64,000 bases of DNA, from positions 160,001 through 224,000 of the forward strand of contig CAVYKI010000010.1 in the NCBI GenBank assembly GCA_963769025.1, in the 5' to 3' direction. The notes beneath the pieces were generated by a model. It saw nothing but the letters and a program-made list of their open reading frames with translations. It did no database searches and was not told the origin of the DNA. Shown one piece after another: positions 30,935-40,610 of the stretch. Source of the DNA: an uncultured Verrucomicrobiae bacterium. GTDB lineage: Bacteria > Verrucomicrobiota > Verrucomicrobiia > Chthoniobacterales > Chthoniobacteraceae. A program made the position numbers and the translations under genes. Numbering within the stretch: the stretch's first letter is position 1; each line of letters opens with the position of its first letter.

Positions 30935-31587
30935 TTCTCTTTTTCGCCGCGCTCCACTGGCCCTCCATCGGACTCCGGGTCGGCGTCGTCGCGGGCGCGC
31001 TCGTGATCTGGTTCTGGACGCAATCGCTCATCGGCCGCAAGGCCGCCGCGAAGGATGGCATCGGCGATGCCGTCCACAATCTCACTGCGCGCTGGCACCG
31101 CTACCTGTCCGCACATCCGCGCGCCGCCAACGCCACGCTCATCACGAGTTCCCTTTTCATCGATCTCTTCGGCCTCGCGCTGATTGGCGCTGCGATCTTC
31201 GGTCCCACGTTTGCGCCGTTCCTCGCCATGATCCTCCTTTTCGCCATGCGGCAGGTCTGCCAGGCCTTCTGCACGCTCCCGCCGCCGCCCGGCAACCTCT
31301 GGCGGAATCCCGGCTTCCCGTCGCTGCTCGTCACCTACGAAGTCAGCAACGATCTCTTTTTCTCCGGCCACACCGGCCTCGCCGTGCTCGGGGCCATCTA
31401 CGCGGCCCACTCCGGGCCGCCGTGGCTCGCGGCCGCCGCGGTGGGCATCACGCTCGGCCAGTCACTCGTCGTCCTCGTGCTGCGCGCCCACTACACGCTC
31501 GATGTCGTGGCCGGCATTTTCGCCGCGTTCGTCGCGGCGGAAATGGCGTCGGCGATCTCCCCCGCGCTGGACGCGTGGCTGCGCTGA
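30931..31587 (+). CDS. PAP2-superfamily membrane phosphotransferase, sphingomyelin-synthase/PDCT-like
   Basis: Multiple TM helices; R....TLPPP, NDLFFSGHT and RAHYTLDV motifs; ATGA overlap with the acyltransferase. Confidence 0.8.
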   Translation: MILFFAALHWPSIGLRVGVVAGALVIWFWTQSLIGRKAAAKDGIGDAVHNLTARWHRYLSAHPRAANATLITSSLFIDLFGLALIGAAIFGPTFAPFLAMILLFAMRQVCQAFCTLPPPPGNLWRNPGFPSLLVTYEVSNDLFFSGHTGLAVLGAIYAAHSGPPWLAAAAVGITLGQSLVVLVLRAHYTLDVVAGIFAAFVAAEMASAISPALDAWLR

Positions 31588-32309
31588 ATTTCCGCGCACT
31601 TCAGCGCGTGTGCGCGCGCCCATGATTCGCGGAGTTCACGCTCGGAGCGCACCGCCAGCGGCTCCAAACGGGGATGATCCGCGAGGAATGCCGCGACCCG
31701 CTGGCGGTGGATCCCGAGGAGTTCCCCGACCGGCGTTCCGGCCGGGAGCCGCATGCGCCGGATGCCCCGCACGTCGCTGCTGGAGTCGAGCCCGAGGTTG
31801 TCCAAGGTCGCGATAAATGTGCCATCGGACAATCCGGTCGCGAATTCCGCGACGCGCATGTCGCCTTTTACCAGCCTGAGCAATGCCAGCACGCGCAGCC
31901 ATCCCCGCGGCTTCACCTGCCACACGCTCGCCGTCACCTTGCCGTGATCCCCGGTGAAATTCCGGCTGGCCGTGCGGAGGTTCGGGAAAACGGCGGAGAG
32001 GGAGATGTTCTCCAAGTCGCCCATGCACCGAAACCCGGCAGCCTCCAGCCGGCGCTGCATGGCGCTGTAGTGGCGCGCGTCCAGCCAGCGGAAGTCCTCC
32101 ACGCGGACGGGCGCGAACTCGTGCGGCTCGGAATAGACGGACCGCTGAAGCCCGGTGATTCGTTCAGCCTCACTGGCACTCCTCTGGATCGGAGAAAAGT
32201 GAAGCAACGCCCAAAGGCTGAACCCGAGCCACAGCAGGCCCGACCATGGGATCATGCCCGAGGAGAGGGTCCGCTCGACCGCTGCGACGAGGTGCTGAAA
32301 GATGTCCAT
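31491..32309 (-). CDS. Hypothetical membrane-anchored protein
   Basis: Long ORF with hydrophobic N-terminal helix; LEAAGF...GD and EF.T..SDG motifs; 3' end overlaps the convergent gene. Confidence 0.55.
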   Translation of the reverse strand: MDIFQHLVAAVERTLSSGMIPWSGLLWLGFSLWALLHFSPIQRSASEAERITGLQRSVYSEPHEFAPVRVEDFRWLDARHYSAMQRRLEAAGFRCMGDLENISLSAVFPNLRTASRNFTGDHGKVTASVWQVKPRGWLRVLALLRLVKGDMRVAEFATGLSDGTFIATLDNLGLDSSSDVRGIRRMRLPAGTPVGELLGIHRQRVAAFLADHPRLEPLAVRSERELRESWARAHALKCAEIQRSHASSAGEIADAISAATNAAKMPATTSSV

Positions 32310-32515
32310 GCCCTTTGGAGAGCAGCAGCCGTTCCCGACACCGCCGGCGGGCGGAAACGCAGCCCCGGGATTCGCTTCCGAACCTCCCATTCCCGCAGCG
32401 CGACGGGCAGGTTTTTTCGCTAAGAAGGAACGGGTGGGAATGCTTCACAAAGACGCCATCGTGCCACCCTCGCGGGCGGTCCATCGTCACCTCCGAAAAA
32501 AGCAGCCATTTCGAA

Positions 32516-33610
32516 ATGAAGAAATTCCTGAGCATCGCAATCATCATCGCCCTCGCAGGCGGAGGTTACTTCGCGAAGACGCGGGAGTGGTTTGGCCTTT
32601 TCCAGAGCTCGACCGAACCGGCGCACGAAGACGTGCCGACGGTGCTCGCCGAAAAGAAGGACATCGAGTTTTCCATCCAGGTCAGCGGCGACGTGATGCC
32701 GGACACGCAGCTGGATGTGAAGACGCAGGTCGGCGGGCTCATCAAGGCGCTGCACGTGGAGCCGGGCGACCTCGTGAAGGCGGGCGACCTGCTCGTGGAA
32801 ATCGACGACCGGGACATCCTCAGCGAGCAGGCTTCCGCGAAGACGGAGATCGACGGGGCGACGCTGTCGGTGACGAAGGCGGAGCGCAATTTCGAGCGGG
32901 CCAAGGATCTCTTCGATGCGAAGCTCATCAGCCATGAGGCATTCGACAACCTGTCCTCGGAACTCGACATCGCGCGCAACACGCTCCTGAAGTCCGAGCG
33001 GAAGATGCAGCTCGTGGAGGACAAGCTTTCCAAGACCAAGGTGATCGCGCCGGCGGACGGCACAGTGCTGACGGTGCCGGTGGTCGAGGGGCAGGTGGCC
33101 ATCGCCGCGGCGAGCGTGAACAGCGGCACGACGCTGATGAGCATTGCGAATCTCGCGAAGCTCATCGTCGAGACGCACGTGAACCAGGTCGATGTCTCGA
33201 AGCTCGAGATGAAGCAGCGCGTGAAGCTGCTCGCCGAGTCGCTGCGGGACGCCGAGATGCAGGCGGAGATCATGTTCATCGCGCCCGTCGCGACGATCCG
33301 GAACGGCATCAAGGGATTCACCGTGCGCGCCGCGATCGAGCAGGTCACGGCGCGGATGCGCCCGGGCATGACCGTCCAGATGACCATCCCTGTCGCTCAT
33401 GCGGGCGATGCGGTGTCGGTGCCGATTTCGGCGGTGTTCAAGGGCTCCGGCAATTCCCGCGTGGTCTATGTCCGCAAGGGCGCGAAGACCGAAAAACGCC
33501 CGGTGAAGATCGGCGTCTCGAACACCGAGAGCGCACAGATTTTGCAAGGAGTGCTCGTGGGCGAGGAGATCCTGCTCGACGAACCGGATCGGGCACAAAA
33601 GCGCGGCTAG
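32516..33610 (+). CDS. MacA-like periplasmic adaptor (membrane fusion protein)
   Basis: TM anchor; GDLVKAGDLL lipoyl-like half, IAPADGTV, RPGMT, GV.VGE. Confidence 0.9.
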   Translation: MKKFLSIAIIIALAGGGYFAKTREWFGLFQSSTEPAHEDVPTVLAEKKDIEFSIQVSGDVMPDTQLDVKTQVGGLIKALHVEPGDLVKAGDLLVEIDDRDILSEQASAKTEIDGATLSVTKAERNFERAKDLFDAKLISHEAFDNLSSELDIARNTLLKSERKMQLVEDKLSKTKVIAPADGTVLTVPVVEGQVAIAAASVNSGTTLMSIANLAKLIVETHVNQVDVSKLEMKQRVKLLAESLRDAEMQAEIMFIAPVATIRNGIKGFTVRAAIEQVTARMRPGMTVQMTIPVAHAGDAVSVPISAVFKGSGNSRVVYVRKGAKTEKRPVKIGVSNTESAQILQGVLVGEEILLDEPDRAQKRG

Positions 33611-34339
33611 ATGGCGCTGATAGAGCTTAGCGAGGTCACCAAACGCTACCGGGTGGGCGACCAGGAGATTCGCGCGCTCGACGGCATCACGCTGTCGATC
33701 GAACAGGGCGAATACGCGGCCATCATCGGCCCGAGCGGCAGCGGCAAGAGCACGCTCATGCACCTGCTCGGCTGCCTCGACATCCCGAGCACCGGGAAGG
33801 TCATCATCGACGGCACGGACGTCTCGCGCGCCTCCGACGGAAAGCTGGCGGAGATGCGCAATGCGAAGATCGGCTTCGTATTCCAGTCCTTCAATCTTCT
33901 CGCGAAGTTCACCGTCCTCGAAAACGTCGAGCTTCCGATGATCTATTCCGGCGTCTCGAAAAAGGAACGCCGTGAGAGGGCCGTGGCCGCCGTCGAGCGC
34001 GTCGGGCTCATGGAACGGGCAAAGAACACACCCCTCCAGCTTTCCGGTGGGCAGATGCAGCGCGTGGCCATCGCGCGCGCGCTGGTGAACGATCCGAAAA
34101 TCGTCTTCGCCGACGAGCCGACGGGCAACCTCGATTCCAACACCGGGGCGAGCATCCTCGAGCTTTTCCGCGAACTCAGCCAGCAAGGCCGCACCATCGT
34201 GCTGGTGACGCACGACAACGAAATCGCCGAGAACGCCCCCCGCCGCATCGAAATCCGCGACGGGAAGATCGTGAACCGCTCAGTGGCTCTGCAAAGCGGC
34301 ATCCACGCCGCGCCGCCGGCCCCGGAGCCTGCCGCATGA
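33611..34339 (+). CDS. ABC transporter ATP-binding protein (MacB/LolD type)
   Basis: [48 protein letters not shown]. Confidence 0.95.
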   Translation: MALIELSEVTKRYRVGDQEIRALDGITLSIEQGEYAAIIGPSGSGKSTLMHLLGCLDIPSTGKVIIDGTDVSRASDGKLAEMRNAKIGFVFQSFNLLAKFTVLENVELPMIYSGVSKKERRERAVAAVERVGLMERAKNTPLQLSGGQMQRVAIARALVNDPKIVFADEPTGNLDSNTGASILELFRELSQQGRTIVLVTHDNEIAENAPRRIEIRDGKIVNRSVALQSGIHAAPPAPEPAA

Positions 34340-35655
34340 ACTTCTGGAACAGCATCTTGGTCGGGCTCAGGGAAATCTGGTCCCACAAATTCCGGAGCTT
34401 CCTGACGATGCTCGGTGTCATCCTCGGCGTCGCGAGTCTGCTGTCCACGTTCGCGCTCACGGACGGGATGGCGAAAGCCTCGCGCGAGTACATGACGCAG
34501 ATGGGCGGCGTCGAACGCATCAACGTGATGGCGCAGGAAGTGCCGCAGGAGCAGTTGCTCCTCGCCGACACTTCGCCCGGCCGCACGGTCCAGGACGCGG
34601 AGCTCATCCAGCGCTCGGCGAAGCACGTCAGCCTCGTCACGCCCTGGTACACGCAGTTTGTCCCGCTCGTGAGGAAAAGCGAAAGACTCCGCGCCTACAT
34701 CTACGGCGTGTGGCCCGATTACGTGCCCATCAACCGCCACGTGGTCGAATACGGGCGGAACATCACCCAGCTCGATCTGGATGAAGGGCGCGCCGTCTGC
34801 GTCATCGGCACGCGCATCATCGAGCAGCTCTGGCCGGAAAAGCCGAACGCAAAGCCCTTGGGGGAGACCCTCCTCATCAACGGCAAGCCGTTCAAGATCG
34901 TCGGATTATTCCAGCACTACGAGAATGAGGACGCACGCGCCGCACGGCTGAAGGGAACGAAGTCGCCCGTCCTGATGCGCAAAGGGAAGTCGTACAATCC
35001 CTACAACGTCAAAAACAGCACGGTGATCATCCCCTTCGACACCTTTTACTATGAGTACCGGGCCGCGAATGTCGTGGGCCTGATCGATCAGGGACCCATT
35101 CAGAAGGTGGACGGCCTCACCATCCAGGCCACGGACGCGCAGCACGTGCAGGACGCCATTGACGAAGTCTCCAGCCTCATGCTGCAAAATCACCGCGGCG
35201 TGGAGGACTTCACCTTCGACACGCGGCAGGAGCTCGCCGAGAGCATCGAGAAAACCGCGCGCAACACCCGGCTCACCGGCGGGCTCATCGCCGGCATCAG
35301 CCTCATCGTCGGCGGAATCGGCATCACGAACATCATGCTCGCGAGCATCACCGAGCGCATCCGCGAGATCGGCGTGCGCCGCGCCATCGGTGCAAAGTCA
35401 CGGCATATCTTCACCCAGATCCTCGTCGAGAGCACCGTGATCGGGATCATCGGCGGTTTCCTCGGCCTCATCGCCGCGCTGGGGATGACGCACCTGATCC
35501 AATTCACCACCGACGGCGCGAGCCTGCCCGTCATCCAGATGTCCAGCGTCGTGCTCAGCTTCGGCTTCGCCGTCGCGATCGGCGTCTTCAGCGGGATCTA
35601 TCCCGCCTGGAGCGCAAGCCGCATCGCCCCGATCGAGGCCCTGCGCTACGGCTAG
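34336..35655 (+). CDS. ABC transporter permease (MacB/FtsX type)
   Basis: [37 protein letters not shown]....PIEALRY. Confidence 0.93.
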   Translation: MNFWNSILVGLREIWSHKFRSFLTMLGVILGVASLLSTFALTDGMAKASREYMTQMGGVERINVMAQEVPQEQLLLADTSPGRTVQDAELIQRSAKHVSLVTPWYTQFVPLVRKSERLRAYIYGVWPDYVPINRHVVEYGRNITQLDLDEGRAVCVIGTRIIEQLWPEKPNAKPLGETLLINGKPFKIVGLFQHYENEDARAARLKGTKSPVLMRKGKSYNPYNVKNSTVIIPFDTFYYEYRAANVVGLIDQGPIQKVDGLTIQATDAQHVQDAIDEVSSLMLQNHRGVEDFTFDTRQELAESIEKTARNTRLTGGLIAGISLIVGGIGITNIMLASITERIREIGVRRAIGAKSRHIFTQILVESTVIGIIGGFLGLIAALGMTHLIQFTTDGASLPVIQMSSVVLSFGFAVAIGVFSGIYPAWSASRIAPIEALRYG

Positions 35656-35659
35656 CCGC

Positions 35660-36175
35660 TCAGGGCTTCACTTCGAAGACGACGATCAGCTGGCCGCGCG
35701 CATGCATCGGGCCGCGGATGAAGAGCGGGCTCTTCGGGCCGAGCATGGCCTCGGTCTGGAGGATGCGGCGGTTGTCGTGGAAGAATTCCATCTTTAGCCG
35801 GTACTTTTCGCCCTCGCGTGTCGTCTTCGCACAGACCCAGAAATTCCGGGTCGGCACCAGCCATCGCTCGGTCTGCCCGTCCATGTTCCTCGTGGCGGAA
35901 CCGAGCACCTCGAACTGATCGTAGCCGAAGAATTTGGAGAGCTTCGCGACGTAGGGAGCGAGCTCCGGCGCGACCTCCGCAGGACGCCCGCCCTTGCTCA
36001 CATTGCTCGCGAGGACCACGGCGCTCCATACCTTTTCCCGCACCTCGGCCCCACCGGGCCACGTGAATCCGAGCGGCTTTTTTGCTTCCATGTGCGCCGG
36101 AGGCTGCGCCACCGCACCGGCGGCTGCCATGAACGTGCCTGCGAGCGCAATGAATGGGGCCTTACTGCAGCACAT
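35660..36175 (-). CDS. Exported hypothetical protein in the ECF operon
   Basis: Signal-peptide-like N-terminus; KLSKFFGY..F.VLG; FIRGP...GQLIVV; overlaps the anti-sigma stop. Confidence 0.6.
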   Translation of the reverse strand: MCCSKAPFIALAGTFMAAAGAVAQPPAHMEAKKPLGFTWPGGAEVREKVWSAVVLASNVSKGGRPAEVAPELAPYVAKLSKFFGYDQFEVLGSATRNMDGQTERWLVPTRNFWVCAKTTREGEKYRLKMEFFHDNRRILQTEAMLGPKSPLFIRGPMHARGQLIVVFEVKP

Positions 36176-36659
36176 AGTCGTCGGGGAGCTGGTCGAGGCC
36201 GTCGATCCAGACGACTGCGAGGCCATCGGCATCGAGCACGGTCGCGGCGAGCAAATCGTCGCCCGCCTCCACCGAAACCACCTCGGCGACGTAACGGTTC
36301 GGCTTCGCGTCATGACCGCTCACAAACAGCGCATAAATCGCCCCGGCAATGACGAGGCACGTCGCGCTGGCAAAGGCGAGCCGCCAGAGCGGCCAGAGCG
36401 CGCGCGCCGGCTTCGGGGCCGCCGCGGGAGTCGGGGAGATTTCGCGCAGGATGCGTTCGTTGAAAAAGTCGGCGTTGCGCAGCTTCGGCGCCGGCGAGTG
36501 CAGCCGCACGGCACCCATGAGCCGCGTGTGCAATTCGCGCTCGGCGACGGCATCGGGTTGCTCGCGTTCGAATGCGGCGGCGTCCTCCGGGGAAAGCATC
36601 CCGTCGAGGTATGCCGTCCATTTCTCCTCGGGTGAAAGTGGTGGTTCAGAGCTGGTCAT
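36162..36659 (-). CDS. Transmembrane anti-sigma factor
   Basis: AYLDGMLSPED...FE N-terminal anti-sigma domain, one TM helix, VVWI C-terminus; directly after the ECF gene. Confidence 0.75.
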   Translation of the reverse strand: MTSSEPPLSPEEKWTAYLDGMLSPEDAAAFEREQPDAVAERELHTRLMGAVRLHSPAPKLRNADFFNERILREISPTPAAAPKPARALWPLWRLAFASATCLVIAGAIYALFVSGHDAKPNRYVAEVVSVEAGDDLLAATVLDADGLAVVWIDGLDQLPDDYVLQ

Positions 36660-37284
36660 GGACGTCGCGGAGCAAGGTTTGAAGTTTGCGGCGGGCGTAG
36701 AACAGGCGGGACATCACGGTGCCGATCGAGCACCCGATGGCGTCGGCGATTTCCTGATATTCCATCCCGTCGAGTTCGCGCATGACGATGACCGCGCGGT
36801 GCTCGTCGCTGAGCTTTGCGATGGCGGCATCCACGCGCACCCGGATTTCCTGATCCGCGAGCCGCGTCGCGGGTTCCACGGTGGCCTGCGGGGCGGTAAC
36901 GGCACCCGGCGCGATGCCGGAGAGGCCAATCGTGTCGTCGAATTCCTGCCCGCCCGCGATCCGCTTTTTGCGCAGCCAGTCGAGCGTCACGTTGGTCATG
37001 ATGCGATACAGCCACGTGAAGAACGAGGACTGCCCGCGGAAGTTCGCCAGACTGCGCCACGCGCGCACGAAGCCGTCCTGGGCGAGGTCCCAGGCGTCGT
37101 CTTCGTTTCTGACCATCTGGTATATCATGGCAAAGCAGCGTTGGCGGTGGCGGGTGACAAGTTGATCGAATGCCTGAGTGTCTCCCTCCCGGCACCTTGC
37201 GACCAAATCAACGTCGCTTGGCCCTTCAGCGGGGACATCGGCTTCCAGTTTTGACGGAGAATCGTTCAATCTATTCACTTCCAC
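36646..37284 (-). CDS. ECF RNA polymerase sigma factor
   Basis: AFDQLV, DAWDLAQDGF, F.GQSSFFTWLYRI, Y.EIA..IGCSIGTVMSRLFYAR; start codon uncertain. Confidence 0.93.
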   Translation of the reverse strand: MEVNRLNDSPSKLEADVPAEGPSDVDLVARCREGDTQAFDQLVTRHRQRCFAMIYQMVRNEDDAWDLAQDGFVRAWRSLANFRGQSSFFTWLYRIMTNVTLDWLRKKRIAGGQEFDDTIGLSGIAPGAVTAPQATVEPATRLADQEIRVRVDAAIAKLSDEHRAVIVMRELDGMEYQEIADAIGCSIGTVMSRLFYARRKLQTLLRDVHDQL

Positions 37285-37298
37285 CCGGTTTCCCGGAC

Positions 37299-37955
37299 CT
37301 ACCGCCTGCCGTGGCGACGGCGGAATTCGGAACGGTATTCGCCCATGGTGGTGACAATGCCGTCCCGGATCGAAAAGATCCGCGACCGGAGCACCTCGAA
37401 ACGCGCCGTCTTGATCAGCCCTTCCTTTTTCATCGCCACCGCGGAATCCAATGCGCTGGTGAGCGCACGGAGCCCGCGCTTGAGATACGCGATGCTCATC
37501 CCGAGTTCGTCGATGTCATCGTCATTCAGCGCCGCCGCGAGCTTGGCCGCCGCCAGGGTGGCCTGGCCGTGAAGTTCGCTCACCGCGGGATGCTCGCGCA
37601 CCGATTCCTCCACGCCTGCGAACATCTCATCCAGCTCCGCGGTAAACGCGATGGCCTGCCGGTAAAGCGGGTGGCGCTCAAAGGGAAACGTGGGCTGCCC
37701 CGTCTCGCCCGCTGGGTCGCCCGACTCCGATTCCTCGCCTTCAAAGGACGACTCGACCTCATCCTCCCACTCGCGGGAATCGCCGTCGATCAGATGTGTC
37801 CAGCCCATCTCACGGGCGATGATCGCGTCACGGTCCGGGTGGTCCATGTACTTCTCGATCAGGCCCATGTATTTTTCGGTGCGACGCTCCTGCTCCTGGA
37901 GGAAGCGCTCCCAGTCGTATTCGTCCCAACAATTGTCGGAGTGGTTGTCCGCCAT
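37299..37955 (-). CDS. Conserved acidic helical hypothetical protein
   Basis: WDEYDWERFL, IAREMGW, AKLAAAL, IAYLKR; clean ORF. Confidence 0.7.
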   Translation of the reverse strand: MADNHSDNCWDEYDWERFLQEQERRTEKYMGLIEKYMDHPDRDAIIAREMGWTHLIDGDSREWEDEVESSFEGEESESGDPAGETGQPTFPFERHPLYRQAIAFTAELDEMFAGVEESVREHPAVSELHGQATLAAAKLAAALNDDDIDELGMSIAYLKRGLRALTSALDSAVAMKKEGLIKTARFEVLRSRIFSIRDGIVTTMGEYRSEFRRRHGRR

Positions 37956-38047
37956 ACGACATTTACGTAGCCCGCCCCGCCCGTTTTCGCAAACGGGAAT
38001 CTTCACCCTCCTTGTCTTTCACTCCGCCGCCGTTTAGCGTGATTCGC

Positions 38048-38498
38048 ATGAGCAAACAGGTCGTCCCCGTCCAGATCCGGGCCATCCTTCCGTACAACAA
38101 CGGGCGGGCGGTTTTCGTGGGCAATGAACACAAGGTCTTCGTCATCTACGTGGACGAATCCGTGGGCGCGGCCATCGGGATGTTCATGAACAAGACGCCC
38201 GAAGGAGCGCCCCCTCACGCACGACCTCATGGCGCACCTCCTCGCCGCGCTGGGCGCCAGGGTGGACCGCGTCATCATCAACGATCTGAAGAGCGAGACC
38301 TACTTTGCCCGCCTCATCATCAGCGCGGAAAATGAGCTGCATTCGCGGAAAATCATCGAACTCGACGGCCGGCCGAGCGACTGCATCGCGCTCGCCGTGC
38401 AGCAGGAGGCGCCGATCTACGTCGCCGGCGAAGTGTGGGATGAAGTCGAGGACCGCACCGAAATCCTCAAGAAGATGGAAGAGCAGGGCGAAGGCTGA
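38048..38498 (+). CDS. Bifunctional nuclease (DUF151) family protein, +1 frameshift near 38199
   Basis: FVIYV....GAAI, ERPLTHDL after frame correction, YFARL, LDGRPSDCIALA. Confidence 0.85.
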
Positions 38499-38509
38499 CG
38501 GGGCCGGAA

Positions 38510-38965
38510 TCAGCGGACGGACAACTGGCGGACGGCCTCGTAGAGCACGATGCCAACGGAGGTCGCGAGGTTCAGCGAGCGCGTGCTGCCGGACATGGGA
38601 ATGGTGAGACAGTCGCCCGCCCTCGCGGCGAGCAGCGACTCGGGCAGCCCTTTCGTCTCCCGGCCGAAGACGAGGAAATCGCCATCCCGGAACTGCGCAT
38701 CCCAATACGAGCGCGTGGCCTTCGTGGTCAGAAAAAAGAAGCGCTGCCCAGGTTGCGATGCAGCGAAAATTTCCTCCAGCGAATCCCACAGCGTCACATC
38801 CACCTCCCGCCAGTAGTCCAGCCCCGCGCGGCGCACCGCGCGATCATCCAGCGAAAAGCCGAGCGGCTTCACGAGATGCAGCCGGCTGCCGGTGGCGAGG
38901 CACAGCCGGCCGACGTTGCCCGTGTTCGGCGGGATTTCAGGTTCGACGAGGACGATATTCAGCAT
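38510..38965 (-). CDS. trmL: tRNA (cytidine/uridine-34 2'-O)-methyltransferase
   Basis: EPEIPPNTGN, RRAGLDYW, FGRETKGL, RSLNL. Confidence 0.93.
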   Translation of the reverse strand: MLNIVLVEPEIPPNTGNVGRLCLATGSRLHLVKPLGFSLDDRAVRRAGLDYWREVDVTLWDSLEEIFAASQPGQRFFFLTTKATRSYWDAQFRDGDFLVFGRETKGLPESLLAARAGDCLTIPMSGSTRSLNLATSVGIVLYEAVRQLSVR

Positions 38966-39041
38966 CGCCGCATCGTCGGCGGGCCGCAGACGATTTGCGA
39001 GCGTGGCAACGCGCATGGCGGCTGCTATGTTTGATCCCCGG

Positions 39042-40601
39042 ATGAACGAACCCAAACTGCCAACGCCGGAGGAGCTCCGGCAAAAGCTGGCCGAATTCAT
39101 GAAGTCGAATTTCGGCGAAAAGGTCTCTGTGCACACGATGCCAGACGAGACCGGAAACGATCCCGTCCCGCCTCAGGACGGCGCGGCGGACATCTTCCGC
39201 TTCCGGCATCAGCCGCGGGAAATCAAGGCGCACCTCGACCGCTTCGTGATCCGGCAGGACGAGGCGAAGAAGGTTTTGGCGATCGCCGTTTGCGACCACT
39301 ACAACCACATCCGCTCCGTCTGCGAAGCGAACGCCGCTCCCGGCCGCGAACTGGAATACGTAAAGCAGAACGTCATCCTCATCGGCCCGACCGGCGTGGG
39401 GAAAACGTATCTCGTCAAACACATCGCGGAGCTCATCGGCGTGCCGTTCGTGAAGGCGGACGCGACCAAGTTCAGTGAGACCGGCTACGTCGGCGGCGAC
39501 GTCGAGGACCTCGTCCGCGAGCTGGTGAAAAAGGCGAACGGCAACGTCCAGCTCGCGCAACTCGGCATCGTGTACGTCGATGAAATCGACAAGATCGCGA
39601 CGACGCACGGCAACGGCGGCCGGGACGTGAGCGGGCGCGGCGTTCAGACGGCGCTGCTCAAGCTCATGGAAGAAACCGAGGTGCCCGTCCGCAGCCAGTC
39701 GGACCTCGCGGGCCAGCTCCGGGCCGTGATGGAAATGCAGCGCACCGGTCACTCGTCGCCCGAGACCATCAACACGAAGAGCATCCTTTTCATCGTGAGC
39801 GGCGCCTTTGACCGGCTGCCGAAGCTCACCGAACGGCGCATGAAAAAGAGCGAGGTCGGATTCAAGGCGCCCAACGCCGCACCGCTGGATGACGACGGCC
39901 TGCTCCGGATGTTTTCCACGGGCGACCTCATCGAGTTTGGCATGGAGCCCGAATTTGTCGGCCGCCTGCCCGTGCGGGTGAGCTGCGACAGCCTCAGCGC
40001 GACGGATCTCTTCGAGGTCATGAAGCGCTCCGAGGGCAGCATCATCCGGCAATACGAGCGCGCGTTCCGCGCCTACGGCGTCGAGGTGCTTTTTGAAGAC
40101 GGTGCCCTGCGCGAGATCGCGCGACTCGCCGCGGATGAAAAGACCGGCGCCCGCGGACTCCTGACGGTGTGCGAACGCATCCTGCGGGATTTCAAATTCG
40201 AGCTGCCGGGGAGCGGCATCGCGCGTTTCAACGTCACGCCGGAACTGATCGCAAACCCGCGCCAGACGCTCCAGCGCCTGCTCAGCGAAGGACACCGCGA
40301 AAAGGCCGAGGCGCTCGCGGCCGTCGCCCGGGAATTTGCGCAGCGCATCTCCGAGCACGTCGGTTTCGCGGTCGAGTTTTCCGAGGACGCCATCGCGCAG
40401 CTCGTCGAGCGCGCGGAAGCGGAAAATGGCCACATGCGCGATCTCTGCGAGCGCCTTTTCAAGGACTACGAATTCGGCCTGCGGCTCGCACGGACCAGCG
40501 CCCCGGGGGAGAGGTTTCTCATCACCGCGGACGCGCTCGTCGATCCGGATCGTTTCCTGAGCGACTGGCTCGTGAAGACCTACCGCAAAAGCCGCGAATA
40601 G
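39042..40601 (+). CDS. ClpX-like AAA+ ATPase lacking the N-terminal C4 zinc finger
   Basis: GPTGVGKT, ADATKFSETGYVG, VYVDEIDK, RDVSGRGVQ..LLK, VGF loop, PEFVGRLP, TGARGL. Confidence 0.88.
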   Translation: MNEPKLPTPEELRQKLAEFMKSNFGEKVSVHTMPDETGNDPVPPQDGAADIFRFRHQPREIKAHLDRFVIRQDEAKKVLAIAVCDHYNHIRSVCEANAAPGRELEYVKQNVILIGPTGVGKTYLVKHIAELIGVPFVKADATKFSETGYVGGDVEDLVRELVKKANGNVQLAQLGIVYVDEIDKIATTHGNGGRDVSGRGVQTALLKLMEETEVPVRSQSDLAGQLRAVMEMQRTGHSSPETINTKSILFIVSGAFDRLPKLTERRMKKSEVGFKAPNAAPLDDDGLLRMFSTGDLIEFGMEPEFVGRLPVRVSCDSLSATDLFEVMKRSEGSIIRQYERAFRAYGVEVLFEDGALREIARLAADEKTGARGLLTVCERILRDFKFELPGSGIARFNVTPELIANPRQTLQRLLSEGHREKAEALAAVAREFAQRISEHVGFAVEFSEDAIAQLVERAEAENGHMRDLCERLFKDYEFGLRLARTSAPGERFLITADALVDPDRFLSDWLVKTYRKSRE

Positions 40602-40610
40602 GCGGCGGGC

